A stretch of 42,185 nt of DNA from Deltaproteobacteria bacterium (GTDB taxonomy: Bacteria > Myxococcota_A > Polyangia > JAAYKL01), in contig JAUVAN010000003.1 in the NCBI GenBank assembly GCA_030591725.1, forward strand, positions 1-42,185, given 5' to 3'. The notes under the pieces were generated by a model that searched no databases, had not been told where the DNA came from, and saw only the letters and a program-made list of their open reading frames with translations. Below, piece by piece: positions 26,105 through 34,741 of this stretch (position 1 is the first letter of the stretch; each line of letters starts with the position of its first letter). Both the position numbers and the translations under genes were made by a program.

Positions 26105-29056
26105 ATGAGTCAAGAGATGGAAAAAATTTGCGCGCGTTGTGGAGTGCCAGTTCAGTCCGGTGAGGATCTCTGCAAGGTGTGTGCCGCGGACGCCAGGTCC
26201 CGAACCTCCACCATGCCCTGCATTGCCTGCGGGGCGGCAAATCTTTCGAACGCCGTCGTGTGCGAGGCATGTGGAGCTCCGTTCCAGTCCCCGGGATCAT
26301 TGGGCGGGCAAGAGTCGGAGGAATTCGGGCACCAGAGCATGGGGATCAAGGGGCGCCGAGCGGAGTTGCAGGTGATCGAGGATTGCTTTGATCTTTGTCT
26401 GGAAAAGGGCTTCGTCGGCGGTTGCATCGTGGTGGGCGAGAGCGGTATGGGCGTCAGCACGCTACTCAATTCCCTGTGCGAACGGCTCAGCGGGCGCATG
26501 TCCGAGAATCGCATTTTTCACGTTCATTGCAGAAAGGATCAAGATCTCTTCGGTCCCATCCGCGGGGTTATCCGCCAGAGGTTGCAGGCGGCCGAGGGAG
26601 CCGACCCGGTGGCATCGCGGTTGCGGTTGGCGACGATGGTGGGAGAGGTGCTGGGCGCCGAGTCGGCTACGCTGGTGACGGAGACTGCCCACCTGCTGGG
26701 TTATCTGGCCAACATGCCGTTCCCGAACAGCCCGGTCCTTCAGGCCCTCGAATCCGATCAGGAGCTCCTGTTCAAGCGCGTGACAGAGGCCATCGTTCGT
26801 TTCCTCCAGAATGACGCCGTGGACGGACCCATCGCCCTGGTGCTCGACGGAATACACAGGACCACGCCGGAGTCCCGAAGATTCCACATGGAGATCCTGA
26901 ACGCTCTTGGACCGGTGCCTGTGATGGTGGTGATCGGCGGCAAGCCCGAGATCTGGGACATGACCGACAATCCCTCCGTGGTTCGTGTGAGGCTCGAGCC
27001 TCTCGACGACGACATCATGACCGGTCTGTTCAGGGAGTTCATGCCACTTCTGGATGATCCGCCGCAGGAGCTACTCGAGGCGGTCATCAACCGATCCGCC
27101 GGAAACCCCGGTTCCATGAAGCAGCTCTGTGCGCTTCTTCGGGAGTCCGGTGTCGTGGACACCACCACCGAGCCGTGGACCTCCGACGTGAGCAAGCTGA
27201 GCATGGCCGATATGCCGGTCAGTCTGATCGACGCGCTCAAGGCGAGAATGGAGCGGCTTGACCCGAGGGATCGTGCGGTCCTCAGGTACGCTTCCGTCAT
27301 TGGCGACGTGTTCTGGGACGAGGGTGTGACCTCTCTCACCCGGCAGCGGGTCAAGATGAAGGATGGGACCAGCGCCGCCCAGATATGGGCCGACGATTCC
27401 GACGGACTCGCGCTTTCATCGTCGCTCAATCGTCTGGTGGAGCGACTGTTCATCGTCGAGTTGCCCGATCGGGATATTTTCGGATCGATCAAGTACGCGT
27501 TTGCAAAGTCCGGCATACGGGAAGAGATCCTGAAAGACATGAAAGATGACGAGCGCCGGGCCCTGCACATTCTCGCCGCTCAGTGGCTCTCACACGTTAC
27601 GGAGAAAAACGGTCACCTCTTTTCATGGGATGAGGCCGTTCAATGGGAAGCTGCGGGCGAAAACCAACTGGCAGCCCAAGCCTACGCGCGCGCCGCCGGA
27701 TATGCTCGCTCGCGCTATCTGAACCAGAAGGCCATCAGGCTCTATCAGAAGGTCCTCGACCTTGCCGATGATCGAGATCGAATTCTCATCCTGGACACCC
27801 TCCACGATATGGGATCGGTGCAAGAACTGCTCGGGCAATACGAGGCCGCCGAACTGTATTATACCGAGATGCTGCGACACGCATGGATTCTGGTTCATCG
27901 AGGCAAGGCGGGTGCGGCCCTCAACAAAATCGGTCGCCTCTATCGGTCCCGTGGCGACGCCGCTGCCGCTCGGGCGTTCCTGGACAGGGGCATGTCGCTC
28001 TTCAAGGCCGCTGGTGACGCCAAGGGCGTGGCCGCATGCCTCGGGGATCTCGGCGAGCTGGCGCGACGGCAGGGCTCTTACGACCGCGCCTTCAAGCTGG
28101 TCACCCAGGCGCTCGAACTTCAGCGCAAAATGAACAACAAGCTCTCCGTCGCCGTTTGCCTTCACAGCCTAGGGCATATCGAGGCGGGACGTGCGTCGTA
28201 TGCTCAGGCGGGACGGTACCTGGAAGAGGCGTTCAACCTGAGGCGTGAGCAGGGCGATAAGGGAGGTATGGCCCACACCCTGTCGGCTCTGGCGATCGTG
28301 CACTTCAGCCGGGGAGATCTCGACAGCGCCATCGCCAGATGGGAGGCGGCCTTGAACCTGGCGCAAGAGGTCGGAGACCGCAGGATGCTGGCCATCGTGC
28401 ACAACAATCTCGGTGAGGCCCTGCGGGATCAGGGAAAACTCCAGGAGTCCATGAATCAGTTCAAGTCGTGCGAGGTTGTAGTAACCACCCTGGACGACCG
28501 GATCCTTCACTCGGAGGTATCGCGGAACATTGGGTTTCTTTCCCACAAGATGGGAGAGCTTGAATCCGCCAGGCTGCAGCTCGACAGGTCATTGATGCTG
28601 GCCCGTGAGGTAGGGGCCAGGGAACTCGAGGGCCTGGCACTGCGTGCCTCCGGAGAGTTGGCCGCAGAGACCATGTGGGATACCTCCAATCCAGAGGCAC
28701 AGGACGAGGCCGTGAGTTATTTCGACAAGGCCCTGGTCATCTTGCGGTCTACGGGAAATGAGTACGAGGTGGCGCGAACGCTGCATGCCTACGGAAATCG
28801 TCTGCTCGAGAAGGGTGACATGAGCGGGGGCAAGGAACTGCTGGAGCAGGCCGAGGGTATCTTTCAGAAAATCCAGTCCAAGACGGGTGACAAGGTATCG
28901 CGTACCATCAAGGAGATCATCTCCCCGCCTGCAAAACAATCGGCCCAAAAGAAGAGCAAGCTGGCGGGGGTCAAGTCGATGTTGACCGGGAAGAAGGCGA
29001 ATCCCTCCGTGGCAATCCCGGATATGACCGAAGATCTGGAGAGCAACGACGACTAG
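26105..29056 (+). CDS. double zinc-ribbon + STAND/AAA_16-like NTPase domain + TPR repeats
   Basis: Four CxxC pairs at the N-terminus; GESGMGVST, LVLDGIH, SAGNP and ASVIG; many TPR/MalT-like helical repeats. Confidence 0.85.
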   Translation: MSQEMEKICARCGVPVQSGEDLCKVCAADARSRTSTMPCIACGAANLSNAVVCEACGAPFQSPGSLGGQESEEFGHQSMGIKGRRAELQVIEDCFDLCLEKGFVGGCIVVGESGMGVSTLLNSLCERLSGRMSENRIFHVHCRKDQDLFGPIRGVIRQRLQAAEGADPVASRLRLATMVGEVLGAESATLVTETAHLLGYLANMPFPNSPVLQALESDQELLFKRVTEAIVRFLQNDAVDGPIALVLDGIHRTTPESRRFHMEILNALGPVPVMVVIGGKPEIWDMTDNPSVVRVRLEPLDDDIMTGLFREFMPLLDDPPQELLEAVINRSAGNPGSMKQLCALLRESGVVDTTTEPWTSDVSKLSMADMPVSLIDALKARMERLDPRDRAVLRYASVIGDVFWDEGVTSLTRQRVKMKDGTSAAQIWADDSDGLALSSSLNRLVERLFIVELPDRDIFGSIKYAFAKSGIREEILKDMKDDERRALHILAAQWLSHVTEKNGHLFSWDEAVQWEAAGENQLAAQAYARAAGYARSRYLNQKAIRLYQKVLDLADDRDRILILDTLHDMGSVQELLGQYEAAELYYTEMLRHAWILVHRGKAGAALNKIGRLYRSRGDAAAARAFLDRGMSLFKAAGDAKGVAACLGDLGELARRQGSYDRAFKLVTQALELQRKMNNKLSVAVCLHSLGHIEAGRASYAQAGRYLEEAFNLRREQGDKGGMAHTLSALAIVHFSRGDLDSAIARWEAALNLAQEVGDRRMLAIVHNNLGEALRDQGKLQESMNQFKSCEVVVTTLDDRILHSEVSRNIGFLSHKMGELESARLQLDRSLMLAREVGARELEGLALRASGELAAETMWDTSNPEAQDEAVSYFDKALVILRSTGNEYEVARTLHAYGNRLLEKGDMSGGKELLEQAEGIFQKIQSKTGDKVSRTIKEIISPPAKQSAQKKSKLAGVKSMLTGKKANPSVAIPDMTEDLESNDD

Positions 29057-29073
29057 CGGGAGAAAGAAGCAAT

Positions 29074-29397
29074 ATGGACAAGCAAGACAAGAAGGTATCG
29101 AAAGGAAAAGAGGGCAAGCCCGTTCGGTTGCAGATCAAGGCATCCGACGATGTAGCCAAGGGCGTCTATTCAAACATGGTGCTCGTTCACAACAACGAGT
29201 TGGAGTTTGTAATGGATTTCGTTTTCATGGAGCCTCAGCGTCCACAGGGACACGTGGTGTCCAGAATTGTCACCAACCCCAAGGCCGCCAAGAAGCTACT
29301 CAAGGGTCTCAACGAACTCGTCCGGCGCTACGAGGAGAGGTTCGGGGAGATAGAGATTCCCGAGACCCCCGCCGGTCCGCAGGGAAGCTACCATTAG
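29074..29397 (+). CDS. DUF3467 family protein
   Basis: AKGVYSN, EFVMDF, SRIVTNPKAAK, YEERFGEI. Confidence 0.88.
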   Translation: MDKQDKKVSKGKEGKPVRLQIKASDDVAKGVYSNMVLVHNNELEFVMDFVFMEPQRPQGHVVSRIVTNPKAAKKLLKGLNELVRRYEERFGEIEIPETPAGPQGSYH

Positions 29398-29455
29398 GTT
29401 CGGTTATCAGCTACGATTCGAGAGTAAACGATATCAACAGCGGGAATGATCTCTC

Positions 29456-29836
29456 ATGGCCAACGAACGACGAAGGTATCCGAGGTACGAAATCATTGCC
29501 CAGGTGACTATCAGAAGCGGGGGCGAGAACTACCTGATGGACGTCGGAAACATCAGCTGTTCCGGGGTGCTCATCTCTACGGACAACCTGGACAGCATTT
29601 CTTTTTTATATGAAGGCCAGAATCTGGAGATGGACCTGTTCACCACGGAGCATCTTGAAAACATCAAGGTGAAAGGCCGGGTTGTCCGTTTTGAATATGG
29701 CCAGGACGGCGCGAAGAAAAGTTTTGGTGTGGAGTTCGATAAGGCGACTGCGAAAGGCAACGTTGCGCTTCTTCGCCTGGTGAATCAAGCAGCCGAGTCG
29801 ATACATCCCCCACCGCTGCCCGGCAGCGGGCTTTAG
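29456..29836 (+). CDS. PilZ domain protein
   Basis: RRRYPR (RxxxR), NISCSG (D/NxSxxG), GRVVR, FGVEF. Confidence 0.88.
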   Translation: MANERRRYPRYEIIAQVTIRSGGENYLMDVGNISCSGVLISTDNLDSISFLYEGQNLEMDLFTTEHLENIKVKGRVVRFEYGQDGAKKSFGVEFDKATAKGNVALLRLVNQAAESIHPPPLPGSGL

Positions 29837-29867
29837 GAGCGCGCCCGACCAGGATTGGGAGACAGTC

Positions 29868-30407
29868 ATGATATTCAGATTAACGATACTTGCCATGTTA
29901 TTGCCGGCGGTGGTCGGCTGTGAGAATGACCTGCACGCGGCCCTCGACCAGGTTCGCGCCGCAGCGCCCAATGTCTGCAAGGACTATTGCGAGGACAAGC
30001 TGGCTTGCGAGTTCCCGGCCGCGCAAGGCGACGAGGAAGACATGGCGTTTGCCGCAGCCATTCGGCGGTGCACAATAAACTGCGCGTGGTACATGGACGA
30101 TGGCGCTTATGTTGTCGAGGTGGGCGATCCGACGGAGAAAAAGGCCTACGAAGATCACGTGACGGGCTCCATGCTCCGGGACATGCTCAAGTGTTCATTC
30201 TACGAGGGGGTTTTCCTTTGCACCGAGCAGGAAAATGGTGAAGATCTTCTCATGATCAATCCCCTCGTACAGTCCATGTGCATCGACGCGGACAACTGTC
30301 TCTCCCTGCTGGGAATCGACCAGGAGATGGAGTGGATGCCCTTCACCGATGGTGGAGGAGAATGCATCACTTCGGGGGATCAGATCATCGAATCGATGTT
30401 CTACTGA
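29868..30407 (+). CDS. Cys-rich putative lipoprotein
   Basis: Lipobox VVGC followed by about 10 further Cys. Confidence 0.65.
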   Translation: MIFRLTILAMLLPAVVGCENDLHAALDQVRAAAPNVCKDYCEDKLACEFPAAQGDEEDMAFAAAIRRCTINCAWYMDDGAYVVEVGDPTEKKAYEDHVTGSMLRDMLKCSFYEGVFLCTEQENGEDLLMINPLVQSMCIDADNCLSLLGIDQEMEWMPFTDGGGECITSGDQIIESMFY

Positions 30408-30416
30408 CGGGTTTGA

Positions 30417-31319
30417 TCAAACCTGCGATTTGAAGGGCTGCAAGACGAGCCAGGCTTTCATCTGTTCGCGGTAGATTTCCACCGGGACTTTTTCGATCTT
30501 TTCTACGAGCCCCAAATATCTCTTCTTGAGTTTTTCCGCTGTCTTTTTGAGTCTCTTGCAGGTTTTTCCCTTGCAGCTTGTCAATTTGATATCCTCAATG
30601 AGTCCGTCTCTCGTGGCGGTCTCCCAGCTCAGATCGATAGATCTACCCTGAGGGTGGATGGGTTTGCATTTCACTGCAAAGCCAAGGACATTGACCTCCA
30701 GCATGCAGCGGAACTTGTGGATCTCGTTGATCTCCTTGAGCATGGCGCTCAGGGATTCCACGGGTTCGAGCACGGCCGCAATCTCTTCGGATTTTGAGGC
30801 GACTTGCTCCCATGTCTTTGCCCGCTGCGCCACGACTTCAGGGTCCGCCCCCACCTTGAACGAGCCGATCACATCCATGGCCACCACGCAAGCCGCGCCC
30901 CTGGGATCGGACTCTATTCGTTCTTTCACCCAGTCGACCAGCGCGCCGCCGTCGGTCGACGCCCTCTCGACCATCGGTCCGAGAAGATCGGGTGGTACGC
31001 ATCGCCATTTGGAGAAGACATCCATCAGGGAGAGATCGCACTTCTCCTGAAATTCCTGCTCGTCGAGAACTCGAATAGCCTCGATCCGTGGCCAGACGTC
31101 GCCGGGTGTGTCGATGGGTCTCTTGCAGACGTGAATCGTCACGGGGCTCGATTCATCTTCTGTTGGGTCGCCGCTCGATTTGTCCGAGGAGGAGGTCTCC
31201 GTCGCTCCGGAGACGCCGTCCGGGCGTTGCGGCCTCGCGCCCGATTTCGATCCACCGCAATTTGTAGTTACCAGGGCAAAAGCCGCAAGTAGCAACGCGT
31301 AAAACCAGGTTCTTCCCAT
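30417..31319 (-). CDS. putative lipoprotein of unknown function
   Basis: MGRTWFYALLLAAFALVTTNC, a Ser/Pro-rich linker and several Cys; GGAGGT RBS. Confidence 0.65.
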   Translation of the reverse strand: MGRTWFYALLLAAFALVTTNCGGSKSGARPQRPDGVSGATETSSSDKSSGDPTEDESSPVTIHVCKRPIDTPGDVWPRIEAIRVLDEQEFQEKCDLSLMDVFSKWRCVPPDLLGPMVERASTDGGALVDWVKERIESDPRGAACVVAMDVIGSFKVGADPEVVAQRAKTWEQVASKSEEIAAVLEPVESLSAMLKEINEIHKFRCMLEVNVLGFAVKCKPIHPQGRSIDLSWETATRDGLIEDIKLTSCKGKTCKRLKKTAEKLKKRYLGLVEKIEKVPVEIYREQMKAWLVLQPFKSQV

Positions 31320-31371
31320 CTTTCCTACCTCCGTTGTCTTTTCCCTGGGGGATTCTACCCGTAGCGTCGCC

Positions 31372-31408
31372 AAAGAAAAAGGGCACCTACGAAAAAACGT
31401 AAGTGCCC
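31372..31408 (-). terminator. intrinsic terminator (third unit)
   Basis: gggcacctacg-aaaaaa-cgtaagtgccc hairpin preceded on + by aaagaaaaa (U-tract on -). Confidence 0.75.
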
Positions 31409-31493
31409 CAAATTATTCTGCGCGCCCGGAGAGATTCGACCCGTAGCGTCGGCGGAGTCAAAAGAGCAGTCAATGGGCTGAATCGCAGATGAG

Positions 31494-31530
31494 AAGAAAA
31501 AAGGGCCTTCCGATGATATTCGGAAGGCCT
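31494..31530 (-). terminator. intrinsic terminator (second unit)
   Basis: Perfect 10-bp stem ggccttccga-tgatat-tcggaaggcc plus an A-tract on +. Confidence 0.8.
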
Positions 31531-31610
31531 CAACAAGCGCGGCCGGAGCGATTCGACCCGTAGCGTCGGCGGAGTCTACAGAACAGTCAATGGGCTGAAT
31601 CGCAGGTAAG

Positions 31611-31646
31611 AAGAAAAAAGGCCCCGCCGATAAATCGACGGGGCCT
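31611..31646 (-). terminator. intrinsic terminator of the tRNA operon
   Basis: ggccccgccga-taaa-tcgacggggcc plus aagaaaaaa on +, directly after tRNA-Arg. Confidence 0.85.
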
Positions 31647-31652
31647 TTACAG

Positions 31653-31726
31653 CGCGCCCGGAGAGATTCGAACCCCCGACCCTCGGTTCCGTAGACCGAT
31701 GCTCTATCCAGCTGAGCTACGAGCGC
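31653..31726 (-). tRNA. tRNA-Arg(ACG)
   Basis: GCGCTCGTAGCTCAGCTGGATAGAGCATCGGTCT-ACG-GAACCGAGGGTCGGGGGTTCGAATCTCTCCGGGCGCG folds as a cloverleaf; CCA is not encoded. Confidence 0.95.
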
Positions 31727-31758
31727 GGTTCTTACAAGTCCAAGTTTTCAAAAACCAG

Positions 31759-31844
31759 CGGAGAGGGAGGGATTCGAACCCTCGATACCTTGCGGTATAC
31801 ACGCTTAGCAGGCGCGCGCCTTCGACCGACTCGGCCACCTCCCC
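31759..31844 (-). tRNA. tRNA-Ser(GCT)
   Basis: GGGGAGGTGGCCGAGTCGGTCGAAGGCGCGCGCCT-GCT-AAGCGTG, a long variable arm, then GGTTCGAATCCCTCCCTCTCCG. Confidence 0.95.
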
Positions 31845-31869
31845 AGCGAAACAATCAAGTCGCCAAAGT

Positions 31870-31957
31870 TGGCGGAGGAGCAGGGATTCGAACCCCGGGA
31901 GCCTTGCGACTCAACGGTTTTCAAGACCGCCGCCTTCGACCACTCGGCCACTCCTCC
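31870..31957 (-). tRNA. tRNA-Ser(TGA)
   Basis: GGAGGAGTGGCCGAGTGGTCGAAGGCGGCGGTCT-TGA-AAACCG, a long variable arm, then GGTTCGAATCCCTGCTCCTCCGCCA (CCA encoded). Confidence 0.95.
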
Positions 31958-31999
31958 AATTGCAAAAGATCAGACCCTCAATAAAAAGTCAGGGAGAGG

Positions 32000-32028
32000 T
32001 GTATAAAATCACAGTGGGTGGTTGTCAA
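32000..32028 (-). promoter_or_regulatory. sigma-70-type promoter of the tRNA operon
   Basis: TTGACA-N17-TATACA on the - strand, about 40 bp upstream of tRNA-Ser(TGA). Confidence 0.65.
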
Positions 32029-32140
32029 GGTTGGGGAAGACCCCGCGCTCGCATATGCAATTCGTCTTTCTGGCTGTGGTAACGTACTAATTGCTATACA
32101 ATGAAAATCTTGATGCTTCATGCGTGGGAGTTGTAAGAAA

Positions 32141-32665
32141 ATGAAAACCAGAATGAAAATAACGACCTGGCTGGGCGCATTGATCATGTTGTTCGGATGT
32201 GGTGACGAGTTACCGGTCATTATCAACATTGCCGACGCCTCTGCAGACGCTGATATCGATGGCGACACGGATGGTGATACCGATGGCGACACGGATGGTG
32301 ATTCCGACGGTGACGGCGATTCGGATAACGACGCGGACGGTGATTCCGACGGTGACATGGATGGAGATTCCGACGGCGACAACGATGTTGATTCGGATAG
32401 CGACGTGGACGCTGACGCGGACAGTGATTCCGACAGCGATGCGGATACGGACGACGGGTATTCCTGCTCCGAGGCGCTTACGTGCATGGTCGGCGGCGAC
32501 AGTCTCTGGGACTGTCTGGCCGGCACCAGCAGCTCATCTTACGGCATCATGTGGGATCTGGGCCAGTGCCTGCTGATGTCCGGCTGCATGTCTGGTGATG
32601 ATCTCATGGGCTGCGCCATGTCCAATTGTTCGTCGGAGACAATGGCCTGCCTGGCCGATTCCTGA
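32141..32665 (+). CDS. lipoprotein with an Asp-rich (DGDxD/DSD) repeat linker and a Cys-rich C-domain
   Basis: Lipobox LFGC(G)C-like, about 55 aa of alternating Asp, then seven Cys. Confidence 0.75.
   Translation: MKTRMKITTWLGALIMLFGCGDELPVIINIADASADADIDGDTDGDTDGDTDGDSDGDGDSDNDADGDSDGDMDGDSDGDNDVDSDSDVDADADSDSDSDADTDDGYSCSEALTCMVGGDSLWDCLAGTSSSSYGIMWDLGQCLLMSGCMSGDDLMGCAMSNCSSETMACLADS
32245..32456 (+). repeat. 12-bp-periodic coding repeats ([12 protein letters not shown])
   Basis: Units such as gatggcgacacg, gatggtgatacc and gacggtgattcc. Confidence 0.7.
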
Positions 32666-32667
32666 TC

Positions 32668-33609
32668 TTGGATTTCACCTCTCACAAGAAACTGTTGGAA
32701 GAGACAACCGGTCTGACTCTGGAAAAAGGCGTACCGTTACGTGGGTTCACCTCTTTTGGGATCGGTGGGCCGGCGGCGCTTTTTGCCGTGGTGGATTCTC
32801 CATACACGATGGGGAAACTGATCTCGACGGCGACGGACTGCGGTGTGGAGATTCTCATCCTCGGCGGTGGAACCAACCTGCTTGTGAGTGACGACGGCTT
32901 CGATGGTATCGCGGTTCATGCGTGTATTTTGGGAGTGGATCTGAGCGTGGATGGTGATCGAGTAACGGTCGGCGCCGGCGTTCCGGTGGCCGGACTGGTG
33001 GAGGATCTGATCGCAAGGGGAATCGGTGGGTTGGAGTTTGCCGCCGGGCTACCCGGTACGGTCGGGGGCGCCGTTGCAGGCAACGCCGGATGCTTTGGTG
33101 GAACGTTTGGGGAGAGGCTCGTGGGGGCGACTGTTGTGACCGGCAGGGGAGAGGTCGTGGAGGTGGATGATCCATCCTGGTTCGGGTTCGAGTATCGCAG
33201 GTCGAGTGTGTCTGTCCGACAGGCGGTGGTTACAAGCGCGACCTTCGCCGTGCGTCCGGATGATCGGTCCAGATTGCGTCGCGAGGCAGACGAGTACCTG
33301 CGCACCAGATGCGATCGACACCCCTCAAGAGAAATATTGACCGCCGGTTCCTACTTCAAGAACCTTGAACCGTCAGAGCCGGGGGGGCGTCGCACGGCCG
33401 CCGGAGCGCTGCTGGATCAGGTTGGCGCTCGGGAGATGTCCGTTGGGGATGCGGCGGTCTTCGAAAGACACGCAAACATCGTGATCAACCGCAAGAACGC
33501 CACCGCTGAAAATGTGCTCGAGCTTGCTGGACGAATGGCGGCGAGGGTGAAGAAGAAATTTGATGTCGAACTGGAGCCCGAGGTGCGTTTTGTTGGAAGA
33601 AGGGGCTAG
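32668..33609 (+). CDS. murB: UDP-N-acetylenolpyruvoylglucosamine reductase
   Basis: TSFGIGGPA, LGGGTNLLVSD, GLPGTVGGAVAGNAG, FEYRRS, AGSYFKN, HANIVIN, LEPEV; start is uncertain (TTG 32668 or 32626). Confidence 0.95.
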   Translation: MDFTSHKKLLEETTGLTLEKGVPLRGFTSFGIGGPAALFAVVDSPYTMGKLISTATDCGVEILILGGGTNLLVSDDGFDGIAVHACILGVDLSVDGDRVTVGAGVPVAGLVEDLIARGIGGLEFAAGLPGTVGGAVAGNAGCFGGTFGERLVGATVVTGRGEVVEVDDPSWFGFEYRRSSVSVRQAVVTSATFAVRPDDRSRLRREADEYLRTRCDRHPSREILTAGSYFKNLEPSEPGGRRTAAGALLDQVGAREMSVGDAAVFERHANIVINRKNATAENVLELAGRMAARVKKKFDVELEPEVRFVGRRG

Positions 33610-33618
33610 GGACGGGGT

Positions 33619-34728
33619 CTAGAAGTCGATCCTGAAGAGCTGAGCTCCCATGAGCAGGAAGTCACCGCCGGAAACCGTTGCCTCACCGTTGATCTTCTGG
33701 AAGCTTCCGTTGGAGCTGCCGAGATCCGTGATGAAGTACTTGTCCCCATCCGCGTGGATGCGAAGGTGAATGCCGGAGACGTAGCCATCTTCAGGGAAGA
33801 TGATGTTGCCGCGCTCGCGACCGAGGATCACCCCATCGCCGCCTGCGGGGAAGGCGTTTCCGAGGCGTCCCTTGCCCACGATAAGGCTCAGGCGGCCCCA
33901 CAGGCCCTCCACGGGAGATCCCATCTTCTCGGTTCCGTCGGAGGAGGCCGAACCCCGGTCGATTGCCTCGAAGAGAATGAGCTCCTGACCGATCCGGAAG
34001 ATATCTCCGGAGCCAATTTCCCTCGATTCGTTGGGCATGATCTTGACGAAGACGCCGTTGAGGCTTCCCTCGTCTTTGACACTCACGTTCTTTCCGTCGG
34101 ACTTGAACACGGCGTGCCGTGGCGATAGATACGCGTCCGAGCCGAAGAACCCGCCCGCATCCCTGCCGACGGCCACTTCTGACGTGGGGATCTCCACTGT
34201 GCCACCCTCGGTTCCATCGGGCAGGATGAGCACGAGCTTGGCGGAGTCCTTGCCAAACGCGCCCACTGACACCGATGTTGGCGATACACCAGCCACTGTC
34301 GAACCGCAGGCTCCACAAAAAGCGAAGCCCGGAGAAATCATGGCGCCACAGCTGGCGCACTGTGTTCCTTCTGAGTCGCCGGCCGGCGCAGGGGCAGCAG
34401 CCGCGGGCTCGGGCTCGGGCGCAGGGGCAGCAGCTGCGGGCTCGGGCTCGGGCGCAGGGGCAGCCGCAGGTTCGGGCGCAGGGGCAGCCGCAGGTTCGGG
34501 CGCAGGGGCAGCCGCAGGTTCGGGCGTCTCGGCGACGGGTTGCGGGGTTACCGGTGCCGGGGCAGGCGCAGGAACGGGCATATTGCCCACTGCTGCAACA
34601 CCGGCCGGCGGCGTCGTGGTTGCGAGAGGCTTATCGTCGCCACCGGGGCGCGGAAGATCCGAACCACAACCAAGGCAGAACTTGTAGTGGTCCTGGTTTT
34701 CTTTTGAACATGTCGGACAGACAATCAC
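33619..34728 (-). CDS. zinc-ribbon + tandem FHA domain protein
   Basis: CPTC..FCLGCG and CASCG..FCGACG; two FHA domains with GR...SxxH...NG (VGRD/LSPRH/SLNG and LGRE/VSGIH/SSNG). Confidence 0.9.
   Translation of the reverse strand: MIVCPTCSKENQDHYKFCLGCGSDLPRPGGDDKPLATTTPPAGVAAVGNMPVPAPAPAPVTPQPVAETPEPAAAPAPEPAAAPAPEPAAAPAPEPEPAAAAPAPEPEPAAAAPAPAGDSEGTQCASCGAMISPGFAFCGACGSTVAGVSPTSVSVGAFGKDSAKLVLILPDGTEGGTVEIPTSEVAVGRDAGGFFGSDAYLSPRHAVFKSDGKNVSVKDEGSLNGVFVKIMPNESREIGSGDIFRIGQELILFEAIDRGSASSDGTEKMGSPVEGLWGRLSLIVGKGRLGNAFPAGGDGVILGRERGNIIFPEDGYVSGIHLRIHADGDKYFITDLGSSNGSFQKINGEATVSGGDFLLMGAQLFRIDF
34385..34525 (-). repeat. coding tandem repeats: 3 x 24 bp (PEPAAAPA) and 2 x 33 bp (PEPEPAAAAPA)
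   Basis: ggcgcaggggcagccgcaggttcg x3 plus two longer variants. Confidence 0.85.
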
Positions 34729-34741
34729 CTTGGACCTCCTT

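Larger units (their letters stand above)
31351..31671 (-). repeat. tRNA-linked tandem repeats (~116-bp period): tRNA-Arg 3'-end copy + terminator + conserved 49-bp core
   Basis: gcgcgcccggagagattcga occurs at 31652-31671 (tRNA end), 31537-31556 (18/20) and 31420-31439 (20/20). The cores at 31440-31488 and 31557-31605 are 46/49 identical, with a partial core at 31358-31369. Confidence 0.9.

Noticed and set aside
31420-31556. Additional tRNA-Arg genes or an integrated prophage/ICE
   Set aside because: Only 20 nt of the 3' end are repeated, with no D or anticodon arm, and no integrase or cargo lies between the copies.
31351-31671. CRISPR array (constant repeat with variable spacers)
   Set aside because: There are only two full units, the constant part is about 70 bp and includes a tRNA 3' end, the variable parts are terminator hairpins, and no cas genes are in the window.
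31699-32082. ORFs 31699-32082 and 31790-31984
   Set aside because: They are antisense translations of the tRNA genes.
31978-32526. Ser/Pro-rich minus-strand ORF
   Set aside because: It is the shadow of the Asp-rich repeat gene on +, which has a proper lipoprotein signal.
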